Below are positions 1 to 9,944 of a DNA stretch of 64,000 nt, piece by piece. The position numbers and the translations under genes are program-made. The DNA lies in assembly GCA_016748015.1 (NCBI GenBank), contig JAAOMT010000436.1, positions 2,191,037 through 2,255,036 of the forward strand. Reading direction: 5' to 3'. The notes under the pieces are model-generated. The model was not told where the DNA came from. It did not search any database and saw nothing but the letters and a program-made list of their open reading frames with translations. How positions within the stretch are numbered: the first letter of the stretch is position 1; each line of letters begins with the position of its first letter. The DNA comes from Geosiphon pyriformis uo1. Lineage: Eukaryota; Fungi; Glomeromycota.

Positions 1-1020
1 ATCTTTACCAATCAAAAAAGACCATTTAGCAGCCAATTGCTTAGTCTGATCTAATTCAGCAAATTCCACCACAGTCTTTTGCCATAATCCAATAAGTTGA
101 ATTTTGATTGACTTAATTTCACCAAACTCAGCCAGAGCAGTGACGATTATTTTCTTTGGTGTGTTCATGGGAATTTTTTTGATGACTACAGCCCAATCTA
201 AACAGATTTCTTGTTTCTTAAGATTACTGTTTACATCAATCTCTTTTTCTCTGGCCAATGATGCAGCCTTAATTATGCTCTCCTCAGAAGTAAACATAGA
301 TCTGATGATTTTCTCAAATTTTGAGAGGGTAGTGGCCCCCCCAAAACCATTGACTAAAGAAAAAATTTTTCTGATAAATTGAGTCTTTGCCATTGCTGAT
401 TTTCTCTCCACAGCACTAAGATTGATATCAAGCACAAAAAACTTCTTGATAGATATTTCAACTTGAGTTTTGACAATTTTTGAATCAACTCATTTTTTTT
501 TAAGAGAGATTTTAAGAGAGAAAGGAAGGGGTCTATTATTTTCATCTATGTCATAATTAATTGAGCCAAGAAGAGAGCCACAGATCAGGTTGGTAATTAC
601 TTTTTTAGCTTTAGAGGTGTTTGTTACCAAACCAAGAAAAGAATCATTGCCAGCACCAAAAAAAATATAATCATCCCTATTATTACCAGACACACTGTTC
701 ATATCCAAATACACATCATGACTAGGAACAGGTTTGATCAAAGAAATATCTTTTTCATCTTCAGAATGCTTGACATTACCAACAAAAACCCTTTTCTTCT
801 GAGAGAAAAAACCTCCAACAAGACCATGAAAAACCTCTATGGACGTTTTTTTTTTAGACATAGTACTACTTAAAGCAGCAGCCAGGTTTACTACAAAAGG
901 ATTATTTGATTAAGAAATGTTTACAAGAGATAGCAAGAAAAAATAAAAACTTCTTTTTTAAAAAATGCTTTTTGAGGTTTTTTGGAAGTAAGAGAGAAAA
1001 AAGTTTTTTTTTTTTTTGAA
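1..1020 (-). mobile_element. 5' portion of a decayed non-LTR retrotransposon (LINE family E): 5' UTR and disrupted ORF1 (RRM-type), running off the window start
   Basis: Minus-strand ORF from 861 (MSKKKTS...) continues, with frameshifts, into VVIKKIPMNTPKKIIVTALAEFGEIKS..QLIGLWQKTVVEF. This aligns with the ORF1 RRM segment of families C and D. The 5' motif AAAAACTTTTTTCTCTC at ~992-1018 is shared with C and D. Confidence 0.7.
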
Positions 1021-1850
1021 TGTTTGTTTTGTTTTTAATTTTTTTTGTTTCTTATTTTTAATTTAAATATAATTATATATTTAATAATAAAAGTTTTTAT
1101 AATAATATAATATAAATTATTAATAATTATTTAATTATTTAAAATATATTAATTAATTATTTGTTTTATATAAAAAATTACAATATATATTATAAAAATT
1201 AGCATTAAAATTAGATAAAAAAATTATAATATCAAAATTAATTAATAATATTAATTAACAATAAAAAAAATAAAAGATTAGCAATTAGCTTAATTATAAC
1301 AAAATTATAATACAATTTAATTAAATATCTAAATTAAATACAAAATTATGACAAATTAAAAAAATTAATAAAAATTAATAATTATTGTATATAAGTTGAT
1401 AATAACAAACTTTATTATGTTTTAGTATTTTTGTACAAAATTTTAAATTTACAATTATGTTTTAAAAATAGTTATCAAAAAATGCAATTAATTAATTTGT
1501 TTTAATTATATTATGTAAATTTAAGATAATTTAGCTATATATACAATTTTTTATAAGTTAAAGAAAACATTTACTATAGTTTTATAGTAAACAATAAATA
1601 CTTTTTTTTTTTTTATACCTTATCTTTTTTTATGTTTTAAAGTTTTTTCATCTTTGTATATGCATATTTTATTAAAAGCAATTAGCTCATTTTTTTATCA
1701 TATTACAAGAGAAATTATTTTATTATGATATTACTTAAATTAATAAAGTTATACAAAAAATATTGTGTTCTAAATATATATTAATTAAACATTACAAATA
1801 AAATTATCTCTAATTTATGTTTACCATTTTTTTTCTTAAATTTGGCATTT
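1020..1850. other. Extremely AT-rich eroded tract, probably a hypermutated repeat remnant
   Basis: Almost no G or C and no ORFs. Normal composition returns abruptly at ~1850. Confidence 0.6.
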
Positions 1851-2422
1851 AAAAACCACGACTAATTGAAAAAATTCTGGTCGGCTTTAATAATCTAATC
1901 AAACATAATTTTATGAACTAAATTAATTTCAGTCATGTGGACGATGCCGCACACCCATTATGAAAGCTGCAATATTAGATGGAAGCTTAAATTCCCAAGA
2001 TAATATTACAATCTTAAAAATATGCGAAAGCTTCATATAATGTTAAGAAGTACTTTCTAAAGATGAAAACACAATGGCAACATGCATCACCAAATTAACG
2101 AACTCTCTCCCAATTTGTTTAACATCTTTAATCTTCCCCTTTCTCAATACGTGCGATGATTATATATATTTACGCAATTAATCAACAAAAAAGATAAAGA
2201 CACTATTTCATAGCGAATACATTGATTGCAACAAATATTAATAGTTACCCTTACAACCTATGGTCATTGGTTGATCCTTTTGAAATGCAGATTCGATAAA
2301 GAGAAAATTCTCTTTCGATCTAAAAGATTACTCACTACGATTTACAGGTACACAATCAGCCATTAATGTTATGAAACATTAACCTGAAATCTTGAAATAT
2401 CATTAGAGAAATTATTCAAAAC

Positions 2423-4154
2423 TTACGAGAATCGTCTGCTTTCTTCGCCAGCGTGTCGCCGGTCTCCCGATTTATCATCATCAGAATATCTTCTCGAGTA
2501 TGATCCACGATCTTCTCTATCTCCACTTGCAGACCCACCAGCGCGACTCTCACGTGAATCACGTGTCTCGCGGCTCTCACGTTCATCACGACCCTCACGT
2601 TCATCACGAGTTTCTCGTGGATCCCGTACTTCACGCTCTTCACGTTCATCTCTACTATTGCGAGGATCACGATCTTCACCGCGATGTTCATGACGCGATG
2701 GGGAACGTCGTGGTGGGGAACGGCGAGGAGGAGAACGAGAGCGCGATGGTCTTTGAAAATAAAAAAGATAAAACATTAAGTAAAATATAAAATTATACCA
2801 TTATCCTAGATGAAAGTTGTTCTTTGTGGATCATCCCCGAAACTTGCAGCAACAGAAAATAGAAAGATCATAATACAAAAAACGGATTGCGGGACGACGG
2901 ATATGAAAAGGACGAGCATGCGGAATGGAATGTTCAGGACGAATGACAATGAACGATGGGATTGCGGATTTATCTGAAACTGGCAACGGTTCAAAAGACC
3001 CAAAATGCGATGATAATCATGATGTGGTAAAAGATGCGCCTCGAATATAGCTTGTATGGTAACAATCTACGGTATGTTTCGCAGCTTAAAGCCGATGTGA
3101 AGGTGGCCGGTACTTCAAAAACAGCATCAAATCTCGTGGAAAACAAGTAGGAAATCTGAGCGGACTAGGGGTTTTTAGGTGTTTCTTGAAAAAGGGAGAT
3201 GGAAAACTGTCTGAAAGATAATGAATAAGATGCTCATGGAAGGCAAATCCAATTGATTGTTGGGGTAGAATGGTTAATCCGCACGTTATTTGTGGGTTTT
3301 AATGTTTTGCTGTTGTAGCCAGAAATTATTATCTGTACTTTTTTAATCCTGATGAATTCTGTCTGATGTCATATAGTAATAAAAAAGAATCAAACGACAT
3401 TAGCGTGCATTGAAAGGACAAACCTTCTTTTTGGACTTCTGCTTCGATGTCTAGGATAAGAGCGAGAAGATGTAGAACGACAATCTTTTGCCCAATGACC
3501 TAGAGGAAAAATGTATATTTCAGCCATTGATAAAAAACTCAAGAGCAGCTATGGAGAATAATATTTGTGTAGCAATAATACCTTCTCTCCCGCACTTGAA
3601 GCACTGATTATCGGCTATTTAGAAAAGTGTGATAACGAGGACATGTTATGGGAAAACAGTTAATACTTTAGATTATTTTAAAGGGCAATTCATTTGTGAA
3701 ATTCAAATTGAGCAAAAGAAATATGTGGAGAGTGTTCCAGTACAACACTCCTTCTTTACCGTATGCGGACATACCCGGTTTCTTTCCCCCGTTCTTGGCC
3801 CATTCGACAACAATTCTATTCCCACGAACTCGCTAGCACCCAAAACAAAAACAAACTTTTGTGAGCTCTTATACAAAACCCATAAAAGCCGCTGAATTTC
3901 AAGTAAATTTACCATTCCATCAGTCTCTTTTAAGGCATCCGAAGCATCACGTTCGTCCATGTATTCTACAAAGGCATAACCCCTTTTGACCTCTAGCCTG
4001 TTCAAACGTCCATACTTATCAAATATATGTTCAAGATCCCGAGGGTGGGTGTCCAAAGCAAGCCTACGAATTTTAAATAAGTGAAAAATTTATTGATCTT
4101 CAAAGAGTCAACAAATAAGAAAAGCTTTACCCACCGTCCAACAAAAAGAGCCAT
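2423..4154 (-). CDS. SR-family splicing factor, SRSF7/9G8/RSZ-type (RRM + CCHC zinc knuckle + RS/RD-RE tail); 6 coding exons: 4154-4135, 4063-3913, 3832-3775, 3614-3582, 3499-3424, 2750-2423
   Basis: Manual splicing with GT..AG introns gives MALFVGRLALDTHPRDLEHIFDKYGRLNRLEVKRGYAFVEY (RNP2/RNP1)...RIVVEWAKNGGKKPADNQCFKCGREGHWAKDCRS...RSRSPKRRPSRSRSPPRRSPP...RDERE repeats. All intron phases are consistent. The 3' end is uncertain because a GTAAGT donor-like site overlaps the stop. Confidence 0.88.
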
Positions 4155-4328
4155 ATTCTGCTATTAAAACCTAGTGAAAAAGAGGAATATTTTTGTATAA
4201 GAAAGAATTATTACTTTAGACCATCTAAACACTGCCCTGTAACACAAATACGGAGTAATGGGAATCCGGACCTCTTAAGATTTATATCACGTAACGATCT
4301 CATGACTCATTAGATAGTTTATTCAAAC
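4155..4328. promoter_or_regulatory. Compact bidirectional promoter region (~175 bp) with an ATGACTCAT (Gcn4/AP-1-type) site at 4302-4310
   Basis: Lies between divergent ATGs at 4154 (-) and 4329 (+). The consensus 9-mer is read directly from the sequence; its function is not shown. Confidence 0.5.
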
Positions 4329-5114
4329 ATGTCATCACAACCACTAGAAAACTCGCCTTGCCCTTTATGCTCCTCCAAAGTGCTTAAATATAAGATTAAT
4401 TTCGCCTCTACCTTTTTCATGTGCGAGAAGCAAGAAGTAAGCGACGAAATTTTTTAAATTTGGAAAAAAAACTAACCTAACTTGCTCCAGTGTTTTTATC
4501 CTTTTGCTTCAGCCGAATTTCTACAATTCTTTCGCAGTCCCTCACAAGAGAATATTTTGGTGACCCCCTCAACTCATCTCAATAATGAGTCACATAAAAT
4601 ATTAAATGATCTGGGTGCAACCTTGACCTCAGACTCTAGCCAAACATTTGATTCTGAAGCAGTCAGTTTGGATCAATCAAAAGATATATTAAAAAGATTT
4701 GATTCCAATGATATTGGAAATTTGCCAGATGGACTTTTGAGGTCATTTGCAGATGAGTCGTTACTAGATTTTGATTTTAAAAAATCCTTAATTGAAGATA
4801 CTGCGACAATAAATCAAGATCTAACTGAAAATACCACTTCTGGACCAAAAATTAATGACGATGGGAATCTGCTGGTGAAACTTGAAATTCAAGAAAAACC
4901 ATTGGGAAAACTTAGTATTATCCCACCCGAATTTCAAGATTTAGCAGAAAAAGATCGTCTAAACATTACAATGGAGGAGATTGAAATGATTCTTGAGGAC
5001 CCCGAGTTACAACTCGAGTTTAACGGAGTATCTGGAATAATAAGTGAGGCCCCTGCGATGTTGAATGAAACTTCTGAAGCAAAAAAAATGCTTAATTTGG
5101 TGGATGAACCCTAG
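4329..5114 (+). CDS. Spliced hypothetical protein (exons 4329-4436, 4491-5114) with an N-terminal C4 zinc-ribbon-like motif and an acidic low-complexity body
   Basis: Exon 1 (MSSQPLENSPCPLCSSKVLKYKINFASTFFMCEKQE) joins in frame to CFYPF... through a 54-nt intron with a GTAAGC donor, CTAAC branch site and CAG acceptor. Confidence 0.8.
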
Positions 5115-5671
5115 ACTAGCTTGGTTTGCGTTGGTAATCTCCATAACAGATTTTCTATTCTGTAAATTCTGAATGTTCCCTTTAAGAATGGGACCTCTTG
5201 AATCAATAAAAAGTCGTTGTAAATCGGCAAGCAGAGTCTTTAAGATTGGAATAAATTCATTAATAATTCACAAAATTAATAGATGTGTTAATCAATAACT
5301 TGTACAGACTCTTGGATCATTCCAAGTTGGTATAATTGATTTCAATCGAATATTTATAATCTCAAAAATTCGGCTCCATTTTAGTGTTTATTTATGCGAT
5401 GGGATCGTTTGGTTAGGATTCATAAACCGCATCTTTCAATTCTCATGTCTGAATACGTATACACATTAATTTATCTATCTGTGGCCAACATTGTGGAGGA
5501 TTTGCCCAAGATAACTATCTCTTCTCGTTTTATTTCTCAAAAATTAGGTGAAGCTTGGGAATTCTACATCTGAGACATGTCCATTCCTGAATAGTTATCT
5601 TCAACATAGCTGCAAAAGCCATGTCTTGTCACTCCATGTTTACCTTGTAACTTTATTATTAATCTTTAAAG

Positions 5672-6493
5672 TCATAGGGGGAGGTTTCGTAAACCATTCT
5701 CTTTGGCATTTGCAATGATCTCTTCATCATTTTGACAAAGTTCATCATTTTCATTTTCATGCTCTTCATACTCATTCTCTTCATATCCATTCTCTTCATA
5801 TTCATGATTTTCTTCATCCACATCCACATCCACATCCACATCATTCTCATCCACATCATCCACATCCTCATCATCTACACTTACAACTAGTAACATTTCC
5901 CCCAAACAAACCCTTACTTGAAATCTCTTTTCTTTATCCAATTCATTCAGGACACCAGGGTTTAAATAATTTTTCACATATTTTAATGCTTGTTCTCCAG
6001 AAATCATAACTTGAGTGGAGAATCCGATATAATCCTTCTCTGTAACATCGGTCTCGGCTTCAATAGCTGCAGATACAACTTTTGCCGCAATTTCATCATG
6101 CTCTGCGTCCAACTCTTGATTTTTCTTCAGGATCAACCCCTGACCACCATCATCTTCAGTACCCAGCCAACCTGCGTCACCACCCCACCATTTTACCCAC
6201 TGGAACTTCCAGGTATGATGCGTTTTGTAATCATGTACGAATAAATCATAATAAACTGGTGGTTCAAGTACACAAACGTGGTGAGCGTGAGAGAGTGGGG
6301 GAGGTTTAACGGATATTTTTCCACGTAACGCGTAACTTTGTGATCTCTTATTATTTATTAAATGACCCCTGAAAGGAAGAGGCGGTAATGCTTGGTGATC
6401 TTCCTCCTGTGTCGGTGTAATATCTGAAGCAGAAGGAATGAAACAAAGGTGTGCTGGCCCTTGTATCGTTTTGTAGTTTAAAGAAGAGGACAT
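5672..6493 (-). CDS. Hypothetical protein with an Asp/Glu-rich tract; possible extra 3' exon 5609-5530
   Basis: 273-aa ORF from an ATG in CpG-retaining sequence. A phase-compatible 85-nt intron (5694-5610, GTTTAC..TTGCAG) would extend it with AMLKITIQEWTCLRCRIPKLHLIFEK*. Confidence 0.7.
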   Translation of the reverse strand: MSSSLNYKTIQGPAHLCFIPSASDITPTQEEDHQALPPLPFRGHLINNKRSQSYALRGKISVKPPPLSHAHHVCVLEPPVYYDLFVHDYKTHHTWKFQWVKWWGGDAGWLGTEDDGGQGLILKKNQELDAEHDEIAAKVVSAAIEAETDVTEKDYIGFSTQVMISGEQALKYVKNYLNPGVLNELDKEKRFQVRVCLGEMLLVVSVDDEDVDDVDENDVDVDVDVDEENHEYEENGYEENEYEEHENENDELCQNDEEIIANAKENGLRNLPL

Positions 6494-6708
6494 TTTTGGA
6501 CAAATTTATACATTTTTTGAATTTAAAATGCATGGTTTATTTAACGGGTGGATGATTTTTTTGATATGCATAAAATATAATAACTGAAAATTATATTATT
6601 AGACATTTTAATAATAACAAATTAATTATAATAAATTAAATTAAAAAAAATTAGGTTTAAATTTTTAAATCTTAATAAGTCAAGTATTTTATTTTTTTAA
6701 AAACTACT

Positions 6709-8547
6709 GTTTTTTTTATTTTGCTATGACAAAGTGTTATGTACTTACTACATGTAACTAGCCACCCAAGCCAGCCAAGACTATGTTATACCAAATTAAT
6801 TGTAAAATTTAATTTATTACTACATAAAAACCAATTAACAAAATCAGACACATTGGAAAAAAACTTTTTATGACCATGTAAACCAGCATATATTTGATGA
6901 TTTATTGCATAAAAACCCAAACTCGAGAAACAAAAACCATACAACATAACACAATTTACTAAATCAGCATTAATAACAATATTATTAATAAGCAATATGC
7001 CAGCTTTTTTATGCACAACTTGTAATAATACTCTTAACAGCCATATTAACTAATAATAAAAAACAGTTAACAACTAAACAAATTTTACAATCTTTAATCT
7101 TCTAAACTTAATTAAACAGTATTACTATGCCATATTTTGAACATAAAGTTTTTTATTTAAATAGTATACATATTAAAACTTGATAATTGTGTTTAAAATT
7201 CATTTTAAAATACTAATATACACAAATCACAAATTTTTTTACAAACAAACCTAATTATTTACATTACAAAACAACATTATAAAAAATTATCTTCTTTTTG
7301 AGTAAAAAATTCTTATTGTAAATAAACAAATAATCAAAAGTTTTAATAATACTATATTTTATACAAGTAATATTAAAATAATTTATATTTTATCTTTTTT
7401 TGTATGCAATTATCAATAATTTAAGTCCAATAATCTTAGTATTAGTAAAACCAAAACCAAAATACTAGTCAAAATACTAAATAAATACTATATTGTTTTA
7501 ATTTATATTATTAAATAAATTTTTGTTTAAAATTTTTTTAGCAAATCTAACTTATTATTTAATATAATTAAAAATATTGTTAAAAATAACTATTTTTTTA
7601 TAATTATATAAAAAACTATTAAAAATCTTAAAAAACAAAATTATAATTTTATTTTTAAATATATTAAAATATTTTTTAATTTTAATTCAATTTATATTAA
7701 AATATTTATGCTTAATAGTTTTATTAATTTATTTATTTTTTATTTAGTAATATATTTTAAAATTTGGTAAACAAAAATTAAAAAATTTGTAAATAATAAG
7801 TATAATTAAATTATTTAAGAAAATATTACATAAATAAACAATAAAAACATAATTAAAAATTAAAACAATTAAACAAATTAATAATAATATATTATAAATT
7901 TTATATTTAAATTATTATTATTAATGTTTTTAAAATATATAATAGTATTATTAATTACAAAAAAAACACAAATTTTTAATTAAATTATTAGTAAAAATAT
8001 TTAGAATATTTAAACTACAAGAATTTAATCAAAATATTAGATTAAATATTAAAATAAAAAATAAAACAAATATAATATCAATTATTTTGATTTATTTGCT
8101 GTTATAAAATATATAATTATATATAAAATTAATAAAATTTATAATATAACTTGAACTAATCAGTATAAATTCTCTAAATTTTAATTTTTTCTTTTTTTGA
8201 AATTTATTTAGCTAATAATTTTTTTATTATTTCTTATAAATTAATTTACATAAAAAATACCTAATTATCTAAAATGGATTATCAACTTTTAAAACTTAAA
8301 TTTACTTAAAACATACAATTTTAAATTACAATAGAATAAACAAATATTAATATTATATATAATAATTTTAATTTTTTTTAATAAACTTATTATATTAACT
8401 AAAAAATAATTAACAGATAGTAAAATAATTTTTTATAAATTTTAAAAACAAACAAGCAATTTTATATTTAAAAATATACAAATTAGCATATTTATATATT
8501 ATTATTTATAAAATAATATAAAAAAAACAATTAATAATTAAATATAT
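6709..8547 (-). pseudogene. Heavily eroded repeat, probably the 3' end of a LINE (A-tail at ~6709-6717), decaying into near-pure AT sequence
   Basis: A T-run is followed by a GC-containing 3'-UTR-like segment and residual coding-like sequence (6786-7016). G and C are progressively lost towards 8547. Confidence 0.4.
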
Positions 8548-9273
8548 TATTACGGATTGGAGTAACAAGCTAATGGATAGTAAGAAAGAACAATATTGTA
8601 TGGTAATAGAAATAAACAAAGAGGGAATTACAATAAGGGAGCAAATTGAATAAGTAAAAATTCAATGTGCATGATCAGTCTCATAAAAATCAGAGTCGCT
8701 AATCTTTTCTTAAATCTGAAGGTAGAGGAATAGTCTGTGATTGTCAACAAGATAACACTGCTGCTATTATTTTATGCCTCAACTTGGTGATTCTTAGAAT
8801 TAATAACAGGTATCATTGTGCTTTTCAATCGTTTTTTTATTTAATGAATTACAAGAGCAAGCCAATTGCTTCTCAGGCTAATTCTAAAAAATACAAATCA
8901 AGAAGAGGAAAAGATAAGATATGTGAATGCCAACAAGTAGATACTTGAAGGTAAAAAAAGGGAAATAAGCGATATGAGAGGAAGTAATTGATATTGTTTT
9001 ATTTCATTACTTTGATCATGTTTTTCTACAGCTAAGAGAATCATCACTTATATAGCTATCTAAAGTGGTCAATGACCAGGTCAATAATCAGGTCAACAAT
9101 CAGGTCAATGATCAGGTCATTGATCAGGTCAATGATCAGGTTAATGATCAGATCAATGGTCAGGTCATTGATTAGGTCAATGATCACTATCTAAAAATAG
9201 GGTGGCTAATTATATGACATTAGTGACTAATACATATGATAACTAATAAAAACTATGGGTTTCAACTATAACA
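8548..9273 (-). repeat. A1 3' LTR
   Basis: Direct repeat of 15606-16331 with TG(mutated TA)TTAC...TAACA termini, adjacent to the PPT. Confidence 0.93.
9067..9186. repeat. Tandem array of ten 12-bp units (GGTCAAYGATCA) in LTR U3
   Basis: Read directly. The same array occurs in all intact A/A' LTRs with 4-10 units. Confidence 0.95.
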
Positions 9274-9899
9274 TCATTCTCTCCAAAGAGATTGAGCTCT
9301 GGCAAAATCAAGCTATTTATGGGATAGTTTATGTAAAGGGTTTTGTCTAACTCAAAACTAACTAGTTTGTTGAAGTCTTTTGTAGACAAGGTATATAATA
9401 CTTGAGGTGAAATAAGTTTTGTATCCAAGAGACCAAATCTTTGTATAAGAGTTCTGGCTCTTTTTGCAATGGTCAAAACTCTTGAGACATCCAATTGTAC
9501 AATGCCCAAAATTTCCTCTTGTATCTCTGAAGTTGTTTTCTTCATAAGCTTCATGTCTTCTATAATTTCACCAAGATGACCATAGAGTTCTAGTTGTCTT
9601 CTATATGACAAGTTTTTGTCTATGGGCAAGATTTCTTGTATCGTTTTTCTAATTGTGCTGAAAGGTGAAAGTATCACTGCTGTTATGCTTTCCAGCAGGT
9701 ATTTATCCATTTTGCCACCAATTCTTTCTCTTCTGGTAGTTTTTTTCTTTGGTCTGATAATAGTGTGAGTTCCACTGTTGTCTATTATGGTGGTTTGTTT
9801 TCTGATAGTCAGAGTAGCATTTGGATAGTTCTTGATCTAGTATTCATGGAAAGTATAGAAAGTGTTTTAAATGTTTTGATCCAGAAAATAATTGTTCAT
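9243..9899 (-). pseudogene. A1 ORF3 (extra ORF downstream of integrase, internal stops)
   Basis: MNNYFLDQN...ETHSFY, homologous to the intact ORF3 of A3. Confidence 0.8.
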
Positions 9900-9944
9900 G
9901 TCGATTGAAGATACCTCTGTTTTGGGAATGGTGCATTTATTTAT

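Noticed and set aside
5659-5874. MWMWM repeat ORF, and the His- or Val-rich ORFs over 2416-2790
   Set aside because: Alternative frames of low-complexity acidic or RS-coding sequence.
9067-9186. 12-bp and 23-bp LTR arrays as CRISPR-like arrays, or AGGTCA as nuclear-receptor elements
   Set aside because: No unique spacers, no cas genes and a eukaryotic LTR context. Fungi lack nuclear receptors.
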